Positions 19,495 through 28,386 of a stretch of DNA of 64,000 nucleotides are shown here, one piece after another; within the stretch, counting starts at the first letter, position 1; every line of letters begins with the position of its first letter. Source of the DNA: an uncultured Gemmatimonadaceae bacterium (GTDB taxonomy: Bacteria; Gemmatimonadota; Gemmatimonadetes; Gemmatimonadales; Gemmatimonadaceae); NCBI GenBank assembly GCA_963817955.1, contig CAWFQK010000004.1:800001-864000 (forward strand). Direction: 5' to 3'. A program made the translations under genes and the position numbers. The notes below the pieces were generated by a model. That model was not told the origin of the DNA, did no database searches, and was given only the letters and a program-made list of their open reading frames with translations.

Positions 19495-20253
19495 ATGTCG
19501 GATCTTCCTCTGCGTCAACGCACGACGACCGAGCTCGTCGATGTCGCGTTTCAAGTGTATCGGCGGGACCCCCTTCAGTTCATCCTCGGAGCGGCGCTCA
19601 TCTACGTTCCGTGGATGATTCTCCAGCTGGCGATTGGCATCCAGGCGACTGTGCTCCCGACGCCCACGCAGCTAGTCATCACCATGATTGGCGGCAGCCT
19701 CGTGTATGCCTTTGCCGGCGGCGTGACGACCATTCTCGCGAGCGACGTGTACTTCGGTCGCCCGACCGATCTTGCACGGGCGTTTCAGTCGGTGTTCACA
19801 CATGCTCTGCCGCTGCTCCTCACCTGGGTCATCACGCTCGTCTTCATGATGGTGGCTGCGGTCTTCCTGGTCCTCCCGGTGCTCTACCCCCTCGCCCGGT
19901 TCTTCTGTGTTCGGCAGGTCGTGCTCCTCGAAGACGGCTCCGCCGGTCGCGCATTGTCGCGCTCATCAAAGCTGTCGGAGGGCACCAAGCGGCACATCTT
20001 GAACACGTTGCTCCTCATCGGGCTGCTGGTAATGGCCGTCTCCATCGGCGGTGGGGCATTCGTGGGATTGATCCCGAACCGTATCATTCAATTGACGCTG
20101 CGCACCGCCATTACCGCGCTGATCTTCCCGTTCTGGGGCATCACGGAAACGTTGCTCTACTACGATCTGCGCATCCGCAAAGAGGGGTTCGACGTAGAGC
20201 ACCTCGCGTCGATCGTGACAGATGGCGAACCGACGACGGCGGCCTCGGCCTGA
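19495..20253 (+). CDS. Multi-pass membrane protein of the MoxR/DUF58 locus
   Basis: Several TM helices; C-terminal LLYYDLRIRKEGFD typical of this locus. Confidence 0.8.
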   Translation: MSDLPLRQRTTTELVDVAFQVYRRDPLQFILGAALIYVPWMILQLAIGIQATVLPTPTQLVITMIGGSLVYAFAGGVTTILASDVYFGRPTDLARAFQSVFTHALPLLLTWVITLVFMMVAAVFLVLPVLYPLARFFCVRQVVLLEDGSAGRALSRSSKLSEGTKRHILNTLLLIGLLVMAVSIGGGAFVGLIPNRIIQLTLRTAITALIFPFWGITETLLYYDLRIRKEGFDVEHLASIVTDGEPTTAASA

Positions 20254-20257
20254 GGGC

Positions 20258-20872
20258 ATGAGCACCCTCTCGGTCCCCTGGTCCGCTCGGCAGATTCACG
20301 ACACGATCGCCAAGATTGCCGCGCAGCCGGCGTACGCATCGCACGCGCGCGAATCCCTGCTCGGCCGCCTCCTGCGGTACCTGCTGGACCGACTCAGCGC
20401 GTTCATCCACTATTTCAGGGGCTCGGTCGATGCCCGCATTGCCTTGATCGTCGGGGCAGTGCTTGTCGCGGCCATCGTCGCTGCCCGTATCATCGTCACT
20501 CGCCGGTTGACCGAAGACCAGCGCCGGCGCGGACTGGGCATTCGCGCGAATCGCGGCGAGAGCGTGGACTATTGGATCGTGGCACGCGATGAGGCGTCGA
20601 ACGGCCGCTACGCTGACGCATGTCATGCAGTGTACGCCGCCGTGCTCGACACATTCGCGCGCGAAGGTGTCGTGACATTTCATCCGTCCAAGACCAGCGG
20701 GGACTACGCGCGCGAACTGCGGCGTGCCGGCGTGCCGGCCCTCGCCGACTTTCGAACGTTCACTCGGCAATTCGGTCGGGTCATTTTCGGCGAGCTGAGC
20801 GTGAGCGCCGATGATTATGCGCGTCTCCGCGCGTTGGCGGAGCGGGCGGCGCGCATTCAGGCGGCCGCGTGA
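20258..20872 (+). CDS. DUF4129-like membrane protein
   Basis: TM helix followed by SKTSGDYAREL...FGRVIFG; operonic position. Confidence 0.75.
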   Translation: MSTLSVPWSARQIHDTIAKIAAQPAYASHARESLLGRLLRYLLDRLSAFIHYFRGSVDARIALIVGAVLVAAIVAARIIVTRRLTEDQRRRGLGIRANRGESVDYWIVARDEASNGRYADACHAVYAAVLDTFAREGVVTFHPSKTSGDYARELRRAGVPALADFRTFTRQFGRVIFGELSVSADDYARLRALAERAARIQAAA

Positions 20873-22092
20873 CGACCGGTCTCGTCGTCGGTCATCGCCG
20901 CATTGGTCCAGGCGCACTGCTCGTCGCGCTCATCGGAGTGGCAATCATCGTTGCACTGATCACGCCCGAATCGCCGGAATCCGCGGCTGGAGGGCGGAGC
21001 AGTTACTCCACCGCGCCGGGCGGCACGCGAATGGTCTATGAGCTCGCACAGCGAATGGGATGGCAGACCGCGCGGCGGGAATCGCCACTCGACTCGGTGG
21101 CAAGCCCCTCGGTGCAGGTCGTGCTCGGGCCGCAGCAAGCCCTCGGCGCGGTGGAAGTTCATCGTTTGCTCAACAATGCCCGGCGCGGCGGCGGGCTGAT
21201 CTTCGACGTGGAGGACGCCGACGAGATCGCCGATTCGCTCGGCGTGACGCTGGATGCGACCCGTCAAGTGATGATGTCCGGGGTCGGCGACGCCGACTGC
21301 CATGACACGCGCTCGTTTCGCGAGCGTATGGCAGGTTCTCTGCCGCCGGTCGTACACGAGTTGCGATGGCGGCGGCCGCCGCCCGGCGTGGTGACCACCA
21401 TATCGGCAGCGGGAGGAATGCGAACCCGCCTCGCGGTGGGCGCCGCATTTGCGTTGGGGGCCGGCCGTGTCGTGGCCATGAGCTCGTCCGCGATCCTCAG
21501 CAACGACGCGGTGCAGACCTGCGCGTGGGGAGCTGATGTCGCATCGGCGCGCGCGCTCGACTTCGTGAGGCCTGTAGGGGTCAATCATCCCCTGATCGTG
21601 TTCGACGAGTACCATCACGGCCGCGGACTGCACGGCGGAAGCATGCGAGCGATGTCGCTATTTCTCGCGCACACGGCGTCGGGCCATTTTCTCGCACAGG
21701 CTCTGATTGCGGCGCTGGTGCTCTTGGTGGCGAAGATGCCGCGCCCCATCGCTCCGCACGACCCGGAACGCATTCCACGCCGATCGCCACTGGAGCACGC
21801 CGATGCGCTCGCGCACGCGTATGCCGACGTCGCGGCGACGCGTACCGCAACGGCTCGGCTGGTCGGCGGACTGCGACGGCGCACTGGGCGCACCGTTGCC
21901 GTGCATGCTGCCGACAGTGACTCGGCATTTCTCAGCGCGGTCGAGCGCCGCACACCGGCGCTTGGCGCGAGCATCCACGTGGTGCAGCGCGCCATGGCGG
22001 AACCGCTCCTGCCGCGGGAATTCGCCGCGGTTGCCGGCGCAATCCGCGACATCGAGCAGCAACTCACGACCTCTCCTCCAGCAAAATCATGA
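20869..22092 (+). CDS. DUF4350-like protein
   Basis: SSYSTAPGG, FDEYHHG, RSPLEHADALA; two TM anchors. Confidence 0.8.
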   Translation: MTTGLVVGHRRIGPGALLVALIGVAIIVALITPESPESAAGGRSSYSTAPGGTRMVYELAQRMGWQTARRESPLDSVASPSVQVVLGPQQALGAVEVHRLLNNARRGGGLIFDVEDADEIADSLGVTLDATRQVMMSGVGDADCHDTRSFRERMAGSLPPVVHELRWRRPPPGVVTTISAAGGMRTRLAVGAAFALGAGRVVAMSSSAILSNDAVQTCAWGADVASARALDFVRPVGVNHPLIVFDEYHHGRGLHGGSMRAMSLFLAHTASGHFLAQALIAALVLLVAKMPRPIAPHDPERIPRRSPLEHADALAHAYADVAATRTATARLVGGLRRRTGRTVAVHAADSDSAFLSAVERRTPALGASIHVVQRAMAEPLLPREFAAVAGAIRDIEQQLTTSPPAKS

Positions 22093-22126
22093 GCATCTCC
22101 ATAGCCAAGTCATGAGCATCTCCATA
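22087..22126 (+). repeat. Direct repeat TCATGAGCATCTCCATA x2 (23-bp period) spanning the gene junction
   Basis: Identical 17-mers at 22087-22103 and 22110-22126. Confidence 0.95.
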
Positions 22127-23077
22127 CAAGAAGGCTCCGCGATGTTGAGCACCGTCCGCGACGCGGTCGCGACGCGAGTCATCGGCCAGGAGGCGGCGAT
22201 CGACGACGTGCTCGTCGCGTTCCTTGCGCGCGGACACGCCCTGATCGAGGGCGTGCCGGGCACGGCGAAAACGCTGCTGGTCCGAACCATGGCGAGCGCC
22301 ATGACGGCGCGATTCACGCGCATTCAGTTCACGCCGGATCTCATGCCGGCCGATGTCACCGGCGTGGCGCTCTATCGCGAGTCCGCGCGCGGCTTCGAGT
22401 TCCAGCCCGGACCCGTGTTCACTGATCTGTTGCTGGCCGACGAGATCAACCGCGCGCCAGCCAAGACCCAGGCGGCTCTGCTCGAGGCGATGTCCGAGCG
22501 GCAGGTCACCGTTGACGGCAAGACCCACCCCCTCGACTCGCTGTTCACCGTGCTGGCGACCCAGAACCCGGTTGAACACGAAGGAACCTTTCCGCTTCCG
22601 GAAGCACAGCTCGACCGATTTCTGCTCAAGATCATCGTGGGGTACCCGCCGCTCGATGCAGAATTGCAGATGCTCACCCTGCACGAAGGGGGATTCGATC
22701 CTGACGCCGGCGGCGCGATGACGATCATCGAGCCTGTATTGACGGCTGACGCGGCGCGCCAATGCCGTGCGCTCACGGACAGTGTGCGTGTGGCACCGGA
22801 GATCCGTGAATACATCGCCTCGATCACGCGTGCCACGAGAGAGGACCCATCGCTCGTGCTCGGCGCGTCGCCTCGCGCCGGCGTGGCGCTCATGCGCGCC
22901 GCCCGGGCCGGCGCCGTGCTCGAGGGACGCGACTACGTCGTGCCGGACGACGTGAAGGCCCGCGCGTTGGCGGTGCTGCGCCATCGCGTCATCCTCGCCC
23001 CCGAGCTCGAAGTGGAAGGACGTAGCACGGACGACGTGCTCGCCGCCGTGCTCGACCGAGCGAAGGTGCCAACCTGA
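22112..23077 (+). CDS. MoxR-family AAA+ ATPase
   Basis: EGVPGTAKT, RIQFTPDLMPAD, LLADEINRAPAKTQAALLEAM, ATQNP, LPEAQLDRF. Confidence 0.95.
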   Translation: MSISIQEGSAMLSTVRDAVATRVIGQEAAIDDVLVAFLARGHALIEGVPGTAKTLLVRTMASAMTARFTRIQFTPDLMPADVTGVALYRESARGFEFQPGPVFTDLLLADEINRAPAKTQAALLEAMSERQVTVDGKTHPLDSLFTVLATQNPVEHEGTFPLPEAQLDRFLLKIIVGYPPLDAELQMLTLHEGGFDPDAGGAMTIIEPVLTADAARQCRALTDSVRVAPEIREYIASITRATREDPSLVLGASPRAGVALMRAARAGAVLEGRDYVVPDDVKARALAVLRHRVILAPELEVEGRSTDDVLAAVLDRAKVPT

Positions 23078-23079
23078 CC

Positions 23080-24435
23080 ATGTTCAACGCGGTCGCCGAG
23101 CGGCTGCGCCGACGCAATCCGCTGTGGAGCGTTTACCCGACGCCGCGGCTTGCGCTGCTCGTTCTCGCGCTCGGGGTGTTGTGGATCGTTCCCGGAAACC
23201 TTGGCGTAATTGCCGCGACGGTTGGCGTTGCCGCGATCGTCGCGGCCTGCGCCATCGACTACGTGCGGTTGCCGCATCGCGCGTACCTCGACGTGACGCG
23301 GACAGCGCCCGACGTCGTGGGGCTCGGCGACGCTTCAGTGTTCCGTTATGCCGTCCGCTCGCAGTGGCCATGGCCCATCCGCGTTCGGGTGAGCGACGAG
23401 ATTCCTTCCGCCATCGACGCGGGCGCACCGCCGGATGCATTCCGGATCGGCGGACGCGACGAGCTTCTCCTGAATCTGCCGGCCGTGGCGAACGAGCGCG
23501 GGCGAGTCCTCCTTGGCGCGATCGCACTGCGTATCACGACTCCGCTTGGCGTGCTGCAACGCATCTTGCGATTCGAACCGGGCGGAGCGGTGGTCGTGGT
23601 ACCGTCATTCACCAACGTGCGCCGCTTCCGGCTGCTCGCCATGCAGCATCGCTTGAGCGATGCCGGGGTTCGTGCGCTCAGACTGCGCGGCGAAGGAAGC
23701 GCATTTGCCGGCCTGCGCGACTACGTGCCGGGTGACGATCCGCGGATGGTCGACTGGAAAGCGACGGCCCGCCACGCGCGCCTGATCACGCGCGAGCAGA
23801 CGATCGAGCGGTCCCAGACCGTGGTGTCGATGATCGATTGCGGGCGCGCTATGACGCAGCTCGCGGGCCGGTACTCCCGCCTGGAGCACGTCCTGTCCGC
23901 CGCGTTGGTGCTCGGCGACGTCGCCGCCACGAGCGGCGATCGCGTCGGCCTGATTGCCTTCGATGATACTGTTCGTGCGTTCGTGCCGCCGCAGCGTGGC
24001 GTGACCGCGTTGCGAAGCTTGCGCACGGGCCTCAGCGCACTCAGTGCCACCATGACCGAGCCCGACTATGCCGCGGCCTTCCGCCTCTTGGCAACGCGAC
24101 AACCCCACCGCGCACTGGTAGTGCTGTACACCGATGTGATCGACGCCCGCACCGCACGAACGTTCATCGCCCACGTCGGCAGGGCGGCGCAGCGACACAT
24201 GTTCGTTGTCGTCGCCATTCAGAACGAGGCGCTGCTCGCCGCCGCGTATCCGAGCCCCGCCGGATCACTCGCGCTGTTTCGGAGCGCTGCGGCCGAGGAG
24301 CTCATCCGAGAGCGAGAGGAGGCCCTGGCGCGGATGCGCCGCGCCGGCGTCACGGTCCTCGATGTTCCTCCCGGTCAGATGGCTGCTGCGGTCGTCAACC
24401 GATACCTCGAGATCAAGGCCCGCGGGCTTCTGTGA
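23080..24435 (+). CDS. DUF58 / vWA-like protein
   Basis: GLRDYVPGDDPRMVDWKATAR, MIDCGRAM (degenerate MIDAS), GDRVGL. Confidence 0.9.
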   Translation: MFNAVAERLRRRNPLWSVYPTPRLALLVLALGVLWIVPGNLGVIAATVGVAAIVAACAIDYVRLPHRAYLDVTRTAPDVVGLGDASVFRYAVRSQWPWPIRVRVSDEIPSAIDAGAPPDAFRIGGRDELLLNLPAVANERGRVLLGAIALRITTPLGVLQRILRFEPGGAVVVVPSFTNVRRFRLLAMQHRLSDAGVRALRLRGEGSAFAGLRDYVPGDDPRMVDWKATARHARLITREQTIERSQTVVSMIDCGRAMTQLAGRYSRLEHVLSAALVLGDVAATSGDRVGLIAFDDTVRAFVPPQRGVTALRSLRTGLSALSATMTEPDYAAAFRLLATRQPHRALVVLYTDVIDARTARTFIAHVGRAAQRHMFVVVAIQNEALLAAAYPSPAGSLALFRSAAAEELIREREEALARMRRAGVTVLDVPPGQMAAAVVNRYLEIKARGLL

Positions 24436-26229
24436 TCCTGCGCCACCGCGCAGATAGGCCACGAGCAACACCAGTGTCGCGGCCGAGACCAGGAGTTTGA
24501 GCGACACGGGCCAGTACGGAATGGGCGAGACCATTCCCTCGAGCGATCCCGCGAAGACGAGCAGGAATGTCGCGCAAGCCATGAGACGCATGGCACGTTG
24601 ACTGTTCTCGGCGAGTGCTCGACGGCGGGTGCGATCGCCGGGCAGCAACAGCGCACCCGCGATCAAGAGCCCTCCCCCCGCGCCGATGCAGATTGCCGAG
24701 AGCTCCAGCACCCCGTGCGGAGCGACGAATGCCACGAGCAGCGACAGAATTCTCTTCGACGCGTACAGCCCGAACACGCCGCCGAGCGAAATGCCGTTCA
24801 GCAACAGTAAGAGCAGCGTCCCGATGCCGGCCGTCACCCCGAAGGCGAACGTCGCGATCGTGACCTGGACATTGTTCGCGATGATGCTGCTGGCCATCAC
24901 GGGCCGGAACACTTCGGGATCGGGGATGTAGCCGTCGCCGCTCTTTGCGCGCACAACGCCGGCCTCGGCGCGATCCAGCATGGTCGTGGGAATGAAGATC
25001 GCCGCCACGACGGGATCGCGAACGACGGCGACGTACGATATGCCTGCCGGCACGAACAGGAACGCTGCCGCGAGCACGATCGGCGCGTACGACCGTCGAA
25101 CCTCGGTCGGCACGTCGATCGCAATAAAGCGGAGAATCTCGCGCCAGCCACTCCGGCGATCCCGATATAAGAGATTGTGTGCACCAGCCACCAGCCGGCC
25201 CAGATAGAACAGGTCGTCGCTCGGCGCGCCGCGCGCGGCGGTGCGAAGCCGCGCGAGGTCTACGGATAGGGCCCGATACTCGGCGACGAACGATCGAACG
25301 CCGCTTTCACCGAGCGACTTCAATCCGCCATGCTGCGCCCTGGCAAGCGTGGCCGCGAACTCAGTCCACCGCGGCGAGCTGGTCGCGACAATGGCGTACC
25401 GTTCGCGCGTTGCGCCCGTAGCCCCGCGAGCCGCGGCACCGTGCTCGCGAGCCGTGCGCTCCGACGCGAGCAAGTGCAAGAGCCGCGCGCCCTCGCTCGA
25501 CGACTGCAACTCCGGCAGGGCGCGGGCCAGGCGTTTCGCCACCTGCACGGTGAGCTGCCGCCGGCGTTCGGGCTCGAGCGCACTCCGGCGGTCCGCCCAC
25601 CGAACGAGCAGATCGTACTCGTCGTCGGTGAGCTGTGCGAGTACCGTTGCGGGTAGTGCGGCAGCAGAGCTGCCACGCGTGGTAACACGAGCGGGCTTCC
25701 GCACCATTGCTTCCCGGACGACGAGCGTGCCCGCCACGATATCTCCAAGGCGCTTGCCCGACTTGGACAACGCCATGCTCGTGATTCCGACGGCATAACA
25801 GAACGCCGGTTGCAGATCGATGATGCGCATGAGATTGCGGACCGCCGACGCCGCGAATCCAACGGAGTACCCGCCGTCTCGTACCGTGCGGAGCCCGAGT
25901 ATCCGCTTGCCGGGAGTCTGTCCGTCGCGCAGTCCTTCGAACAACAGGTAGTAGCCCCACAACAGCACGAACTGGACAAGGATGATCACGGCCATCGCCC
26001 ATGCTGTCGAGGGCCCGGAACCGTCGTTCAATCGGACCAGAGCTTCTTTTGGACTGAGGGCTGCCGACGCAATCACGATCGCCAGCAACGTCACCATGCA
26101 GATCACGAGATCGATCAGGCCCGCGTACACGCGAGAACCGATGCCGGCTATGGTGTACGACACCACGACCAGTTCGGGCGTCTCGATGTCAACGGTCTGC
26201 GTCAGGTGTTCATGCTGGATCTGGGCCAT
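24265..26229 (-). CDS. RDD-domain / SpoIIM-family fusion membrane protein
   Basis: N-terminal RDD (GSR..AGLID, GQTPGKR, KRLGD..AGT) and C-terminal SpoIIM (IIANN, APHGVLEL). Confidence 0.88.
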   Translation of the reverse strand: MAQIQHEHLTQTVDIETPELVVVSYTIAGIGSRVYAGLIDLVICMVTLLAIVIASAALSPKEALVRLNDGSGPSTAWAMAVIILVQFVLLWGYYLLFEGLRDGQTPGKRILGLRTVRDGGYSVGFAASAVRNLMRIIDLQPAFCYAVGITSMALSKSGKRLGDIVAGTLVVREAMVRKPARVTTRGSSAAALPATVLAQLTDDEYDLLVRWADRRSALEPERRRQLTVQVAKRLARALPELQSSSEGARLLHLLASERTAREHGAAARGATGATRERYAIVATSSPRWTEFAATLARAQHGGLKSLGESGVRSFVAEYRALSVDLARLRTAARGAPSDDLFYLGRLVAGAHNLLYRDRRSGWREILRFIAIDVPTEVRRSYAPIVLAAAFLFVPAGISYVAVVRDPVVAAIFIPTTMLDRAEAGVVRAKSGDGYIPDPEVFRPVMASSIIANNVQVTIATFAFGVTAGIGTLLLLLLNGISLGGVFGLYASKRILSLLVAFVAPHGVLELSAICIGAGGGLLIAGALLLPGDRTRRRALAENSQRAMRLMACATFLLVFAGSLEGMVSPIPYWPVSLKLLVSAATLVLLVAYLRGGAGSQKPAGLDLEVSVDDRSSHLTGRNIEDRDAGAAHPRQGLLSLSDELLGRSAPKQRE

Positions 26230-26335
26230 TCAGGGAGCATGTGCACGAGGGCCGCTGCCGGCAAGGACCGCTTAGTATGCGAGCATGCCGGTTCGCGGGC
26301 TCATCATAGATGTGGGTGTGTGGAGGTTGCATAGA

Positions 26336-27232
26336 ATGCCTGGTCGTGAGCGAGCGTTGGTCCTTGGTGGTGGCGGATCGGCAGGTAACGCGTGGGAGAT
26401 CGGCGTCATCGCCGGCCTGTTCGATGCCGGGTTGGACGTGACCGAGGCCGATCTGATCATCGGGACGTCGGCCGGATCGACGGTTGCGGCCCAGATAACT
26501 GGCGCGACCCCGGCCAAACTGCTTGCCGACATCCTTGCCGCTGCGCCCCCGCCAGGGACTGGTCCGGTCGGATCCGACCGTGGACGCGTTCTGAATAGGC
26601 CGGTGGCGGACCATATGGAGAGGACGGGCGCAATCTTCGGCGCCGCGGTGGATGCCGCCGACATGCGCCGCAGAATGGGTGCGGCGGCGCTCGAATGGGA
26701 TGCGGCGTCGGGCAGCTCTTCGCAAGCGCAGTGGCGCGCCACGGTCGCCGGTCGGCTGCCCAGTGAGCACTGGCCGCAGCGACCGATGCTCATCGTGGCT
26801 GTCGATGCCCATACCGGTGAACCGGTCGTGTTCGACCGCCACAGCGGAGTCGACCTGGTGGACGCCGTAGCCGCCAGTTGTGCCAATGGCTTCGGTGTCG
26901 CTCCCCACAGTATCGGCGACAACCGATACATAGACGGTGGCTACCGATCCGTCGAGAATGCCGATCTGGCAGCCGGATACGGGCGGGTGCTGGTGCTGTC
27001 ACCATTCGGCGGCAGGTCACGGGCGCCGCTGGAGTGGGGCATCCATCTCGGAGCGCAGGTCGATGAATTACGCGCGGGCGGCAGCAGAGTCGAGACGATC
27101 TTCCCGGATAGCAACTCCCGCGACGCGTTTGGCGACAATGTGATGAATCCGTCGACGCGTCCGCCGGCAGCGCGAGCCGGGTACGACCAAGGCAGAGCGC
27201 TAGGGGGGCAGCTCAGCGAATTCTGGCGGTGA
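26336..27232 (+). CDS. Patatin-like phospholipase
   Basis: LVLGGGG, GTSAG and IDGG motifs. Confidence 0.9.
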   Translation: MPGRERALVLGGGGSAGNAWEIGVIAGLFDAGLDVTEADLIIGTSAGSTVAAQITGATPAKLLADILAAAPPPGTGPVGSDRGRVLNRPVADHMERTGAIFGAAVDAADMRRRMGAAALEWDAASGSSSQAQWRATVAGRLPSEHWPQRPMLIVAVDAHTGEPVVFDRHSGVDLVDAVAASCANGFGVAPHSIGDNRYIDGGYRSVENADLAAGYGRVLVLSPFGGRSRAPLEWGIHLGAQVDELRAGGSRVETIFPDSNSRDAFGDNVMNPSTRPPAARAGYDQGRALGGQLSEFWR

Positions 27233-27356
27233 CGCCCCGCGTTGGTTTCAGGCTGTCCCAGGTGGTATACTGACAGGGAATCGGCGGGTGAAGGTTCCGC
27301 GTGGCGTCCGATCGCCGTTGCGGGCTATCTTCTGAAGCTCCTGCAGGAGGGATTCA

Positions 27357-27719
27357 ATGGCGGCGCCGAACAACATCGACGTACGCGAACTGGCAGAGGA
27401 AGACCAAGCCCCCGCTGAGCAGATCCTCGCGAATGCACTTCAGCTCTATGCAGCCTTGCCCGCGCAGGCGCGAGCGGCAACGCTCGCCGCGCTCCGCTCG
27501 CCTGACCCGGCCGCCCACGGCCGGCTGATCCGGGAGGTCGTGCGCACGATCCTCAAGGTGCAGCTCCAGGAGCACCGCGAGTCCATGCTCCGCGCCGCCG
27601 GAAGCGACGACTTGCCGTCCGAGTCGCCCGTCGATCTCGCGGCGGACGAGGCGTTCGGGCAGGAGACCGTCGAGCTGATCAAGCAGTCGCGCGAGCGCCG
27701 GGCCGGGCTCCAGCGCTGA
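27357..27719 (+). CDS. Hypothetical protein
   Basis: Strong AGGAGG RBS, GC3-biased codons, followed by a hairpin. Confidence 0.65.
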   Translation: MAAPNNIDVRELAEEDQAPAEQILANALQLYAALPAQARAATLAALRSPDPAAHGRLIREVVRTILKVQLQEHRESMLRAAGSDDLPSESPVDLAADEAFGQETVELIKQSRERRAGLQR

Positions 27720-27745
27720 CACGCCGGAGACGCGCGTCCAGTGCG

Positions 27746-27771
27746 GCCTCGACTCTGTGTAGAGTCGAGGC
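27746..27771 (+). terminator. Perfect 11-bp hairpin after 27357..27719
   Basis: GCCTCGACTCT-GTGT-AGAGTCGAGGC; no U-tract. Confidence 0.5.
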
Positions 27772-28200
27772 AGGAATGACTGGCCGCCAGTTCCGCGGTG
27801 TTGCCGACGAGCACGCGCCGGGCGGCCCTTGGCGCGAGCCGCGCGATTTGCTGGTGGAACAGAGCCTGAGTAAGTGGTTGACTACCGGAGGCGCGGAAAG
27901 GACAAGGCCGGCATGTGCGGCCAGCCTCCGGCCTTGGAAATGATTACTGCAGTTGTCGAAATGGCTTGCCGCATCATCGGAACGGCCGGACAGGTCACCG
28001 GAACGGCGAACCAGTCAGCGGAACGGCGCGACGGGGGCGTTGGCGCCCGGTCACGCGGCGCGCGTACGCATGCGCGCTCGGGCGCGTAACCGGCTATCTG
28101 GCTCGCGGGGGAGGATCGCCGGTTAATGGCGATTGGGCAGGGGTTGGGAATTGGCGGTACTGGCGGCGAGAACGATTGCGACGGGTCCGCGGCCGGCCGC

Positions 28201-28378
28201 GGATTGGGTTCCGGGTCGATGACCGGCTGGATGTCGCTGGCTGCTCCGTAGCGGTCGGCCCACCGGTCGGCGAGTTTCGAGTTTCCAGTTGTGAGTTGTG
28301 CGTTGTGAGTTTCTCGTGTCCCGTGTCTCGTGTCTCGTGTCTCGTGTCCCGTGTCCCGTGTCTCGTGTCTCGTGTCTC
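28201..28378. repeat. Dispersed element copy B (hairpin region + 15 heptamer units)
   Basis: Matches copy A; heptamers 28274-28378 include nine GTGTCYC units. Confidence 0.92.
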
Positions 28379-28386
28379 GATTGCCA

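Noticed and set aside
26336..27719. Patatin plus small ORF as a CBASS or other defence system
   Set aside because: No CD-NTase, sensor or other defence gene nearby; the patatin looks like an ordinary stand-alone type.
28274..28378. Repeat tracts as a CRISPR array
   Set aside because: 7-bp tandem units without unique spacers; no cas genes in the window.
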